From: Calcarisporiella thermophila CBS 279.70
Taxonomy: Eukaryota; Fungi; Calcarisporiellomycota
Assembly: GCF_041956535.1 (NCBI RefSeq)
Contig: NW_027192203.1
Coordinates: 310,001 to 374,000, forward strand
Length of the DNA stretch: 64,000 nucleotides
Reading direction: 5' to 3'
Positions 36,461-50,412 of the stretch are shown piece by piece. The notes under the pieces are model-generated. The model searched no databases. It was not told the origin of the DNA and saw nothing but the letters and a program-made list of their open reading frames with translations. The translations under genes and the position numbers were made by a program. Position 1 is the stretch's first letter. Every line of letters starts with the position of its first letter.

Positions 36461-37707
36461 TGTTTTTATAATTAGACGAATTTAAATGCAGAAACAGAGG
36501 CAAGAGTGGAAAGTTTATAAGTAAAGATGACATTAAAAGTACTACGAGGCGATTAGTGAAAGCCCATGACAAGATGTTGGTCCTCTGTCAAAAATTGAAT
36601 ATACCTTTGAATAGAGTCCTTATTTTTGCGGCTTAGCATTGAGGCGCCTCGCTCTCTATCAGGGGACTGCGGATGCTTTTCTTAGAATCTAGAAGATGAT
36701 TGGGCTCCTGAATGAAAATCAAAACTTCTTCGTGTAAGGTGTGATAAATTGATCATAAGAATAGTTTTAAAATAAACCAACCACGCAGACCAGGCAATTT
36801 TGTGTCTATCCAGGCAATGATTCAGGCACGAATTGCGCAGTGCAATTCTTTGTAATGAATATGAGCGCTGTACCTATATTAGTTGCCTCCATTGCTTGGG
36901 TCGAGGCCACGCATACACCTTCCGAGTGGCTGAATGGGGAAATTGGATAATAGACGTGGCGTGTTAACCTAAGCACCGAATGTAATAAAGCGCCGTCAAT
37001 TTAACGAATGAGCCTATGTGCTTATTGAGGTGGGCTATCGTATTAAGCCCATGCGGTGTTGGCTTGCTCGGCTTGGTATCGCATTTGTGGCATGAGTTTA
37101 CAACCAGCTTCCATGTTTTAAGAAATGCGTCTCGATAGCAATTAAATTGATTTCCGTGGAGGATTTGACCTTTGTAGATGCAATTTTCTGTTGCAATAGG
37201 AACTGGATATGCAGCATCGGACGATGCTGCATGAACGCTGCATCCAATCCCTCCCAGAAAGTCGGGCGAGTGAGAAGCTCCGGCTATGCCTCTAAGGATA
37301 CGGATCAACAGATCTGACCTGCCTTGGTGTTGAACCGATTGCTGCTGCACAGAGAATTCACCTCCTTGTGCCCTTCGTTACCCCTTACATTAGAATCACG
37401 AAATACGCATGGGACAACGTTTTGCCATTTCATTTTAAAAAAAAAAGATTGAGGCTTATGATGCTCTGCGTGAGTAAGCGTTCTGAACTGATTCATTCAT
37501 GTAGTGATAAAGAAAGCAGGCCATTTTACACATATAAATTCAAAACTTTTATTCACAACAGTATAGCTTTTCCCCCTTGCGTGAGATAACAAAGAAGCAA
37601 TTACGATCAAATTATGCCCTAACACGTTATTTCTCTCTCCTATTCTACAATGGAATGGCAGCACGCTATGCAAAATATCTAACAACGGGACCAACGGCTT
37701 CGCCCCA

Positions 37708-39538
<1,831 letters not shown>

Positions 39539-41606
39539 GGTGCAATGGGGGCAATGCAGTAATGGGGGAGAGAAGAGAGTAGAATGGAGGAGAAAAATAG
39601 GAAGAGTTTTGTTGGGGGGGATAATTCTCGAAGGAAGTGAGAAGACGACAGGGGCCTTTAATCAAAAATCGGTGTGCGAAAAAGATTCTATTCGAGTCAC
39701 GGCTGAATAAGCCAGGGAAATGGTGAGAGGCTGAATCCGACCTCGGTGTGAAATTATTATCAGATATGGGTTTCCCTCTCGAAGGAAATGGCCGTGACGG
39801 GCCCCACTCTTCCCATGAGTCGGCTGATGAGCAGTCCCCATGGTTATAGAAGGCCCTCCTTCCTAATTGCGCGGCAAGGCTTGTGTAGAGACACAGAGCT
39901 GGGCCGCCCAGTCTGGCTTGCTGGCCACAGACGGGTTCTCTTTCGCAGCATCTCTCGGGCGTCATGCCTTCCGTTTCGCTTCTCCCCCTAGCGCTTCCTG
40001 TCAGCGAGGCCGTGTGCCCATGAGCTTGGCTCCCTCTCTGCGCTGGCTGCTCGTTTGTCGCCCGATTCATTTCCGGACGGAACCCGAACTCGAAGTATGT
40101 AATAGGGGATTATAAATCTATTTAATAACAAGGGGCTTTATTACTTAATGCCGAGTAATCACCAGCGCCAGAGTGATTGCGCAGATGCGCTGCAATATCC
40201 CAGGGGAGCCGGCGAATGGCTCCGCTTTGCCGTATTAGGCAAGTGATTCGGGCAGAGCCAGCAGGCAGCAGCCTTCATCGGCTCAGAGGGGCCCCCTTTG
40301 GCCGTCGGTCTTGCAGCCTCTGGTGCCGCGGCATTTTCCGCTGAATAATCTGAAATGCGTGCGTCAGGCGGAGGCTTAGCGGGGAGAGGCGACGGATGGG
40401 GATTTGATGGGATGTCAAAAGCGGCGTGGGGAGAAAATGCTAACAAAAAGACCGCGAGCTGGGAGCGCGCACTCTGGGAACCGCAGATCGCGCGTGGAGC
40501 CTCTGATTGCCCGCCATTCTGCCCTTGGCTCCTTTTGGGCCGCCTCAGCTTGCATCTTCATTTCCTATTTTTGCAACATATTAAAATTGTTCTAAAATCG
40601 CGAAGAGAGCGCGCATGAATAATTGAACTCTGTGAAGAGGTTGAAACCTTTGCGGTGCTCGCCAATCTCTGAGAGCCATGCGCGGCCTCAGCGGTGCGGT
40701 TTAGGTTCAATGTTTCGCCCATCCTCGACCTGGCATGGCCAATGCTGGAGAGCCACGCTGATCCGTCCCGGCTCCAAGACGATGACGACGTCTCGGAGGT
40801 TTTTCCTGCGACGCGATTGCTGCGAAACACGGGCTCGCCTCGATTCCCCCCCTCCCTCGCGCCCCTCCTCCCCTCCGCCCTCGTGCCGTCCGAGCGTGGG
40901 CTTCCAGCCCTCTGCGCCCAAGGGCGATTTGGCCCACACTCCACGGCCAGGCAAGAGGTGGGAAAACCGCTGCGCAACTGCTTTATTAATTTTACTTTAT
41001 TCTAATTTGTGCTATGTATTTTATTAGATTGATTTTATTTATTTTATACTTTGAACAAAGTTATATTTGTTTCCCTTTCTATTACCTATAGCTTTATTTA
41101 TAGCTTTATTTATTTTTCTCCCTCCCCCCCCTCGCCCTCCCCTTCCCAGTTTCGCCTTCATATCTCCTCCACCGCGCTCTTTCCCCATTTTCTCCCATCG
41201 CTTTTCTCTTGCCATCATCGACTCCACCGCCTTCAGAACCCATCGGGCACGGCTAATTGCAACCAGGCGAACCCTCTCGACCCAAGCGTATCTATCGGCC
41301 CCATCCTTCGTTACCCGGCCCTGCTCGTTTGCTACTCCAGCCAAAGACCGCACGCGTATTCTGCTAATTCACGCTCGGCCTCGGGCTCAATGGGTCTGTT
41401 CCCCGCCACATTTCGGTGAAAACGCAAGCGTAGTTCTATCATCGAATTCCACGACGAAAAGCCGGTGTCTGAAAAAAGGAGGAGAAGTCGGTTTCACGCA
41501 CCCACCGCAAAGCGTGCATTTCATCGGCATTTTCAAAGCTTAGTCCAACCCCCTCGGCCGAAGGATTGGATTGTGAAGCAAAGGAGCGCGGTGCGTGCCT
41601 GGCCGA

Positions 41607-44600
41607 ATGTATACTCCCAAAAGCATTATGGAGCCTCACCCACACAAGCACTATGATCCGTCTGGCTTCTCTCCTCCTCATTCCCGCACCGCCCCTCCCC
41701 ATTCTCTCCCGGAATACATTCACATTATCGACTCGCATCTCTCGGGCAGGCAGCTGACCGCCGCCCGCTTGGCGCTGCGCTCGGCCGCGGAGGCGTTTCC
41801 AAACTCGTTCGATGTTTTGGTAATTAGATGCCTCGCGAAGAAACCGCGCCCTCGGGCCCGGCGCCTGACAATGGATGATTGACTCATTTCTCGGTAATCA
41901 TAGCTACGCTCCCATAGTTTAGCAATTTTCGATGGAGATTGGACGTTAGCAATTCAGACCCTTCAGCAGCTGTATGGCCTCTTCGTATTACTAATGTATC
42001 GATTGCATCTCTAAACTCCCTAACTTGACTTTGTTTTTCAGCCTTGAGCAGAACCCAAATTCCCACTCCCTTCACAGCCACATGGCCGAAATAACTCGTT
42101 CGGTGCAGCGCCAGCGTCCCAGCGAGTATTTCGGTAAGCATGCAACCTGTTCCATTAGGGCGCCCGGAGGATCCCTCACCTTTCTTCACTTGACAGCTTT
42201 TTTTCTCAAACTACCGCCCATGCTACAGGAGCTCGTCCTGACCAAGGGTGCCGGTGAGTGGTTACTTGTTGGCTACATGAGGGCGAGAGCGGTGGGATAA
42301 CCTGTTGCTCCATAGAGTTTTTCCATTCGAAGGGCATGCTGCTTGACGCGTGCAAGGTCTTCCTTCTATTCATCAAAGCCTTCCCGATGACAACGCCAAA
42401 ATATGGGGTGAGTGGTCCCAATCTTTTGATGTCGCATAGCCTCTACTCACCCGCAGCCTATTGATAGCCTAGAGCAGCGGACCTGATCATTCAATGTGAG
42501 TATGAATCGACCCAAGCCCTCCAAGCCACGAACGCTTACAGGGCACTCTTTGGTAAGCGTCGCATCCATCTGAGTTGGCCACTGTAAGAAAGAGTAACGT
42601 TATGCTTCCTATCCAGTGAATGAAATTCTCCCCCAGATCCTGCGTTATAAACTCCTCTTGATTCCCAGCCATCCGTATCAACCCCCTTCGTCCGCGCAAA
42701 CCTCCTCGACGTACCCCTCTCTCCAGGCCCATACCGATGACCAAAGTGTGGCCGTGACTTGGTCGCAAATACGCTCGTGGATTGAGGTGATGCAAGGCTA
42801 CTACATAGCTCGTCGCGAATGGGCTCCGCTCTTTCAAATATCGCTGCTTATTCTCGAGAAGTGCGGCTACACGGTCCAATCCCCTCTGTATCCCCATCCA
42901 GAGCATACCGATGTGATCCAGCGCTTATTAAACTTGATGCACGTGGGGCAATCGCAGCTCTCAAGACCGCCGGCGGGCTTCCAGTACCTAGCTTTAGAGC
43001 TGCCCATCCTAGCTTCTGTGTTCGCCTATGAAGCGTTTCTATTTTTTGACATGGTCATGGGTCGATACTCTGTGACGCGGGCATCCCAGGGAAAGGGCGA
43101 GATGAGCTCACGACCACGTAAAGGAATGCCGGTGTGCTTGGTGCCATTTTACGACGTGGGATTGTCTTGGATGGAGCTAGAGAGGGCCGTGCGGCCATTG
43201 GAGATAGGCATCAGAACGTATTCGTCCAATGAAGAGTATGAAATTGAATCAGAGACAAGGGAGGAGGCGGGGGAAGAGATGGAGGAGGAGAAGAGAGCAA
43301 AAAAGAAGAGTGAGATGGAACTGAGAAGCCTCGAAGAATTCGAGAGAGGAAAAAAGAAACGACGAATGAGCTATCTGGGGGAGAGTGATATTTCCGAGTG
43401 GTCGGAGCTGTGTGGTAGCGAGGGCAGCAGCAGAGAAGAGAAGCGGCGGTCGTCAGGTTCATCAAGTGTGATGCAGATAGGCAACTTGATCAACGTGGAT
43501 GATATGGGTGAGGGGGGAAAAAGTAGGGGAGGAGGAGGAGGAGGAGGAGGAAGAGGGAGAGGAAATAGAAGAGGAGGAGGCCATGTTGCAGAGCTACGAG
43601 TGGGAGGAAACCACGCGGGAGGCTACCCAGGTTTTGATCCGAAGCCAGAGGCTTTTAGACCGCATGGAGCATCTGGTATCCCCCGCAGGGGATCAGAGGT
43701 TACTGGAAGAAGGTAAATGTGTCTCTAGCAGAAGAAGCCTCGCGACCCTTCTCTCATTCTATGTTAATAGAGCTAAATAAGTTGTACGAAAGATGGAAAC
43801 TCCCACCCCTTCTTTTCAACGCCGCTCTTTTGACCTTAGCAGAAGTTTGCCTGATGAAGGTAGGACCGCAGACTCTCTCTTCAAAAACGCATGATTTGAC
43901 GCCCTCCTTATCTCCTAGGATCGGCTCCAGTCGGCCCTGGCGTACTACCGCAGGGCCTGCTCCAAAGTGACGAGAGAATGGGAGAGGTTCAGGCAAGAGC
44001 AACAATGGCAACAAGAGCACCCTCAATCCATAAAACGCTCCTCCACCTCCTCCACCTTTACAACGTCCTCACCAGTAAGCAGCTCGTCCACGGAAACCAT
44101 CCCGTCCGCTTATACAAAGGAGACTACCGCCGTATCCAAACCCCCCTGGCTGCTTATCTTCCCATTCCGTCTGCTCTACAGCATTTCTACCTGCTATCTG
44201 AAGGCCAAGTGGTATGCTGAAGCACGCATTGAACTCTACATGCTGCTCAGTGCGATGCCGCATCTCAGAATCAAAGGCCGTTTGTTTGTGAGGGAGGATG
44301 AAATGCAGCTTCGAACGATGCAGAGAAGTTGGATCCGGCTGACGCCGATATCACTGAACCTGCTCGCCGTGCGGTGTTTGAAGTATTTGGTGGCCGGCTT
44401 GATGGTAGGCAGAGCGTCCCTTTCTGTTTTTGCACTTTCCATTCCCTTGCGTACTGAGTCTTCCTCACATAAATAGCACGAGCTCACCCACAAACGCTAC
44501 GACGACCGTATAGCAGCACAGCTCCTTGTCCTAATACAGTATGGCTGGCCTTACTACAAGGAGGATATGTTGCCCCGAGTCATCGGCATTATACGGCGCA

Positions 44601-44848
44601 ATGGCAGTCTAGTCTGCCGCGGGCTCTCTCGCTACCTCTTCCAGCAGGAGATTCTGGAAATCCTCCAATCCCTTGCGACGCTTCAACCCTTCACCCTTGA
44701 CATTTTCGAGAGATCAATGGAGCATCCTGCCGCTCTGCTACGCAAGCACGCGCAGATGGCAGCGAGGTGGACGTCCGCGGACCAAATGGCCATGTTGATT
44801 CAATTTTGTCGCGAGAAGGTCGCGGAAAGCTACGGTGCTGGTGCTTAG
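41607..44848 (+). CDS. INTS10: Integrator complex subunit 10-like protein (about 9 exons; apparent +1 frame break at 43512-43522; start may be 41628)
   Basis: Spliced product AARLALRSAAEAFPNSFDVL..FFLKLPPMLQELVL..FIKAFP..KYG..TNAYRALF|VNEILPQIL and LLAVRCLKYLVAGLM|..YDDRIAAQLLVLIQYGWP..IIRRNGSL..RYLFQQEILE is collinear with metazoan INTS10 motifs as recalled. Confidence 0.72.
43528..43551 (+). repeat. (GGA)8 microsatellite, read as poly-Glu (GAG) in the INTS10-like gene
   Basis: Direct read of GGAGGAGGAGGAGGAGGAGGAGGA. Confidence 0.9.
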
Positions 44849-45582
44849 GCCACCACGCATCCTCCCTGTGTTTTATGTATCCTTTAATTTTTGTTATATA
44901 TAAAAAGTATATATTTTATTTCTGTTCAAGGTTGAATAATTTCAGGCATTTCTCACCCCCCCCCCCCTTTTCCATTTTCGTTATCCTTTACGCGCCTAAA
45001 TCTATCTATGAAACACTTTTCTCGCCTATTATACCACCCTCATCAAGTTTGGCATATGCTTTTCAATCATTGAGCTGGAGCAAGATGTTTATGACTGTTT
45101 TTTATCCTCATTTTTGGTGACGGTGAGGGCGGGGGCGAGGGTGGAAAAGGGGTTGGTTTTTCCGGTTTTGGGTCATTTTTTGTTTTTTGTATAGAGCATT
45201 TTCTCTTTGTGGATCTAAGAGAAAAGTGAAGAAAGTGGAAGAGGAGGAGAAAGCAGGGGCGAGCAAGGGATTCGGGACTGGGATAATATTTCTATTTTTC
45301 AGTTTGTTGTGTTAGTTGGTCATATCTATTTTTTATATCTCTTCACCAAAGTAGGCTGTTCATAAAGCACTTTTCTTTTCTTCTCATTTAACCTAGAAAG
45401 CGGTCTGATGCGCTATCAGCACTTGAAATTTGAAATGAGGTCAGAGGAGGAAAAAAAAAATGCTATGTTCATTGATAACAATTGAGGGGAAAATATAGAG
45501 GGAAAGAGAGAGTAGGCAAGAGAAATAGAACATAAAAATATCAAGCCAAATATAAATCCAAATATCAATCCAGTGTGTTTGT

Positions 45583-48500
45583 TTAATCCATTAGTGATGG
45601 CCCTCCCGGCTGGTAACCTCCCGGAGGCATTTGCTGATAGGTTTGTTGTGGAGGGTGAGGAGGCTCTTGTCTCCAATTCGTGGGTTGCGGCTGTGGCAGT
45701 TGCTGCCCATGATATCCAGGAGCTGGGTTACTGTACCCATACTGGGGTGTTGGCTGCAGAGGAGGTTGGGGTCCATATGCCGCTGGATCAGAGGTGGGTG
45801 GTCGAACTGGAGGGTATGAGTGCTGCCGCAGGGGAGCTGGCTGGTGAGGGTAACCGTGGGGAGTGTGTGGAGAGGGTTGGTGAGGCGGTTGAGGTGGGTA
45901 CGGCTGGTAGGGCATTTGGCTTTGAGCCTGCTGGTGAGGTTGTTGGTATTGGGTTGGAGGTGGGGGCGGTGCAGCCTGTTGCTGCGGTGTCGAGGAGAAT
46001 GATGGCTCGTACGCGGATGGGTGTTTCGGTGGCAAGGGTGGTCCAGGTCTAGAGCCATACATTGGACTGGAGCCGTGTTGGGGCGGACCAGGATAGTAGG
46101 GTGGCTGAGCCGGTGGAGGATAATTAGGCTGAGAGATGGACTGTGGTGTCTGAGCAGGGGGCAGAGATGGCTGAGGATATGGGCCCTGTTGTGGTTGCTG
46201 GTAAGTCATGGGCTGACGTTGCTCATAGACGGACGGATGCTTTGGGGGAAGTGGCGGTGCAGGTCTCGGACCCAAAATAGGATCCGGCTGAGGTGATTGT
46301 AATGGTGGAGGTTGAGGCGTGTAAGGTTGAGAGGAGGGAGGTTGAGAGGGGGGCCGTGGCAAAAAGTTTTGCTGAGTTTGGTGCTGAGGGGGCATAGGCT
46401 GATACCCGTATTGGGGTTGAGGCTGAGGCTGGGGAGGGGGTGGGGGCTGCTGATACGAAGTGGGATAATGCCCAGAAGGCTGGGATTGAGACGGAACATA
46501 CGGGGACTGCGAGGTAGGCGCTGGACTTATGCCTTGGGAAGGAGCTTGGCTAGCCTGATAGTAAGGGGGCCGCACCGGATCTTGAACCGTCGACAGCCTA
46601 GCCTCGGGCTTGGCCGCAGTAGGTTGTCGCTCCTGTGGATAAGTAGAATAGGTCGAAGCTGGGACCTGGCTGGCGGAGTGAGAAAGGGCGGGGGGCATCT
46701 GCTGCGGGTACTGCTGCTGCGAATATCCTGCGGAATGATCAGGCTGGTGCGGGTTAATGACTGAAGGATGAGTGGCGGGCGCTGGTGCTACCGTAGACAC
46801 GGGCGGTGGTGGAGTGTAATTTTGAGCGCTCCACGCCACTTGTTGTGGTTGAGGTGCATGGGGCGTCTGCGGTACTTGTGGAGCGCTATAGTTAGTTTGC
46901 TGCCGTTGCTGTGAGGGCGGGTATTCGTACGACTGTGGATGAGAAGAGCCATAAATATTTTGCGGCGGTGGAGCTTGAGTAGCAGTAGAAGATGTGGTAC
47001 CCCAATTGGAAACAGGAGCTGGGTCAGCCGGAGCCATGGGCGTGGATTTTGCAGGAGAGCTCGACGGGAGCGTGGGGCCGTGAGGAGAAGTAATGGTGGC
47101 TTGTTGACCGGAAGGCCGGGAAGCCAAAGTGGAGGCAGGCGCATAGGGAGCTTGTGGGGGGATAGACGAGAGTGGAGCTTCCGCAATCGAACCCTGCTGG
47201 GCTGGTCTGGAACCCTGATCATTGCTGGGTGCCGGGGAAGCATAGCTCTGATGGGAGGAATGAGGCGCGGAGAAAGTTGCCGAAGGGGGTTGAGGATTCT
47301 GGACTGGCGTTGACCATGATCGTGAGGTCTTCGCTGGCGAGGCCTTCTCGTGCTGATAGTGATGGGGGTTAAATGGTGGTGGGCTGTTACTGATTTGGCG
47401 AGAGGACATGTCTGCAAGGGACATTCGCTTAGCATTGTCCGTCAGCTGGTTAATGGCTGCATCCACGGATGCGTACAGAGGGGGTAGTGTAGGCGCTGAA
47501 GGGCCAGAGCTGTATTTATTGAGGGCCTCTTGTAGCATCCGACGATCTCGCTCAAGCTTATCTGATTCCTCCTTTTGCACCAAGCGGTTACGTTCCTCAG
47601 CGCGAGCCTTGACAAACTCACGAACGTTTTTTAGCAGCGCCTCGACGAGGTCGGTTAGGTCGGAGTAAAACTGAATCCCCTTTGCGAGCCCGTTCTTTAC
47701 CTCGAAGTAATAGTCTTTGGCTTTCGACAGGCGATCCACCACGGCGCGCCGCTTTTTTTCTGCGGACTGCCACCGATTGGTCACCGATTTGCTTGCATCG
47801 GCAGTCATCAGCGCTTTATACGCGCTCGTTAGCTCCTGTATAGAGGTTTCCTGGAGGTGAATGGTTTGGGCGATCCGAGCCTGGTAAGGGCGGAATTTTT
47901 CGAGCTCTTGAGCAAATATGTGCGGCTCCACGTTATTTTGCTTACGATTCAGCACGAGTATATGGGATATGTCGTCGCGCTGAGCCTAGTTGGAACAAAT
48001 GGGGGTAAATAGAAGGAAGATATCAGAGGGAAACAGTAATTCGAATAAAAAACCTTGTCTTTAAGATCGGCCAACGTGTCCGCCCGTTCCTTGCTAATTT
48101 TTTTCAGCTTGGACATACTCTCGTTGATCATCTCAAGTTTTTCGCGGATGGCTTCTCGTGGGTCATCGCCTTCATCGAGATCCAGTAGGCTCTGCCCCGG
48201 CGTCGACTGATCTACCCCGACCATAGCCTCAGCAAAAATACGACCTAGGTCGTCTCCGTCCGCCCCTCCGCGCAACACCGACACATCCTGCACAATCGAC
48301 TCATATTTGTGCTGCAGCTGTCGATCGGACAAGTTGGCTTGCTCGAGTGCCTCGCGGTGCGTACGCAAATCTTGGCGAAATGCAGAGGTCAATGATCCGG
48401 ACGGGGCCTGTGTCCAGCGATCGCCGTACTTGACCCGCATCGCTTCACACGCGCGCTGCTCCTCATCCAAATTGATTCCAATGACATCAAGCAATTCGCG

Positions 48501-50067
48501 TACTCTACTTTTAAGGCCATCCAACGTCTCTATCAGCTCGTAGACATTCCCATTTTGCTCTTCGTCCGCCCTAATCCTATCAGCCCAGTCCCGCGCGTCC
48601 GAAGTTGGTGTGGCGAATTCGTCCAGCGATCCCGAGTGCTCGTTGATCGTGCGCTTGAATTTCTCGAGAATACCAGGAAGTTTCATATATTCAAGCGCAG
48701 ACTGCAATTCGTTCTCAGCCAGATCGCATTTTTCGGTCTCCCCCCTAACCAGTTTTGCCTTCTCCTCCGAGTAGAGCGATGAGGACTCATGCACGGAGAG
48801 CGGGATGAGACGCGCAAAAATATCCGCCCCGACCACTCGCTGTGTCTCTTGCTGGTTGTAGAGCTCTGATATGGGCAGCGCCTTCACCGCATTCAATTTG
48901 TCGATCGCCGGGAGAATGCTTTCGCTAGGCACCACATCATGGTAGACCAGGTCGTTATCGCGAACGGCTGTATTCTTTTTCTCGGTAAGCATTGCCAAGA
49001 GGCTCTTGGTAATTTCCATCAAGCCAACTCCAGCATCAAGCACCATTCCCGGGCAAATTGTAGGACCAAAAGTACCAACCAACTGCCCGCAGAGCTTGAC
49101 GGCTTCCTTTGCGTTGGTCTCGCCGATTGTGAAGCGACTCACCATCTCCCCATATTTATTCTCCGCCTCACACGCAACGGCTCGGTGATAATGCGCTAGT
49201 GCAAGGAACATTTTGTTTTTTGTCTAATGAGAGTCGATATGTAAAAAGAATTAATAACTCTGAGTTCTTGGGGCAAACACAAGGCATAGTCCACACCTGA
49301 CACATGCTCAACCAACTCCGATCAAATACACCTTTACTTAGACCCTCATTAAGCCCCTCGACCGCGGCACCATAAGACCATGCCGCTTGGGCGGCAAGCT
49401 TTGCGAGAAATGCATGCTTCTTCTTCTCATTGACACTCCGTTCAAAGAAACACTCCTGTGCCTGTGCAAGCATCAACTGAACAAGCAATTTGAGAGTATC
49501 CCGGTTGAGATCGAGCGATGGAGCATGTAGAAAGTTGTCATTAATGTACTGAAACATCCCAGCAGCGTACTGGAAATAATGATACGCGCATTTGAGTCCA
49601 TCTGCTTCCGAACGATTCTGCTGTGAAGCTATAGCGGATAGCACCGCCCCAATATTGAATATGACGCTGGCTTTTTCGAATGCGAGCGAGTATTGTGATG
49701 TGCCATGCCGTGTGAATGCGTCATACCTTCAATTGATAAAAAGGGAATGAATCGGCAATATTGCAGCGCACAGTAATAAATGCGAAATTTACCAAGTGAA
49801 CAGGATCTTTATATGATTCTCATCTATGGGAAACCTCAGCTCTAGCAATTCCAACTGACAAAAATATTTGTATAGAATATCGCGACCGGTAGCATCCTCG
49901 CCTGCACCTCGCATATCCTGGCGCAAACGCTGGATGTAGCCTATCTCTTCGTTGTATTTTTCCGGATCCTCCTGGTATATTTGGGCGATGTGCCTTTTAA
50001 GCGGTGTACCCAGATCTACTTCGTCTGTCCGCTTAAAAGGAATAAAAATGGTCGGACTCTGACTCAT
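45583..50067 (-). CDS. BRO1: ESCRT accessory protein Bro1 (Bro1 domain + V domain + long Pro/Gln-rich tail)
   Basis: IFIPFKRTDEVD..LRQDMRGAG..YFCQLELLELRFP..FTW|YDAFT..SLAFEKASVIFNIGA; NDNFLHAPSLDL; LMLAQAQEC; RDNDLVYH; DIFARLIP.SVHESSSLYSEEKAKL; GIQFYSDL; PRD ending SLMD. Confidence 0.93.
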
Positions 50068-50412
50068 GGGAAATGAAATCGCTTCGAAATGAAAAATTCG
50101 AGTAAATTACGGCTTTAATGTGTAAGAGTAAAAGATAAGCCGGGAGGATATTCAATATAGATCCTAATAATTAAACAAAGAAATCTTAGACAAGTGTAGA
50201 GAAAAAGAAAGTCGTTGCGAAATGCCAAGGAGTTTTGTCGCGTTAAAATCCCTAATGATCCAATGGTGAGATCAACGTCACGAATTTTAGCCTCAGAAAC
50301 CTGGGCGGATTTTTGAATCTCAAATCTTCTCGTAGGAAAAATAGGTTGGATTAAAATGTTTAAAAGTACGTTTTCTTTGTTAAGACATTATATTACAGAC
50401 TTAAATAGAACA

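Noticed and set aside
36964-37350. 128-aa minus-strand ORF between the glycosyltransferase and PGI1
   Set aside because: No domain, codon bias or splice structure; treated as intergenic.
39823-40152. RNase MRP-like P4 halves (CAGTCCCC ... ACAAGGGGCTT)
   Set aside because: The 5' half lacks GAAAG, there is no GARAR loop, and P1-P3 cannot be formed; likely chance.
43520-43716. RGG/poly-Gly domain at the end of the 366-aa ORF
   Set aside because: Wrong-frame reading of a GAG (poly-Glu) tract; only the +1 frame splices to the downstream exon.
45573-47668. Many overlapping plus-strand and alternate-frame ORFs
   Set aside because: By-products of the stop-poor Pro/Gln-rich BRO1 tail.
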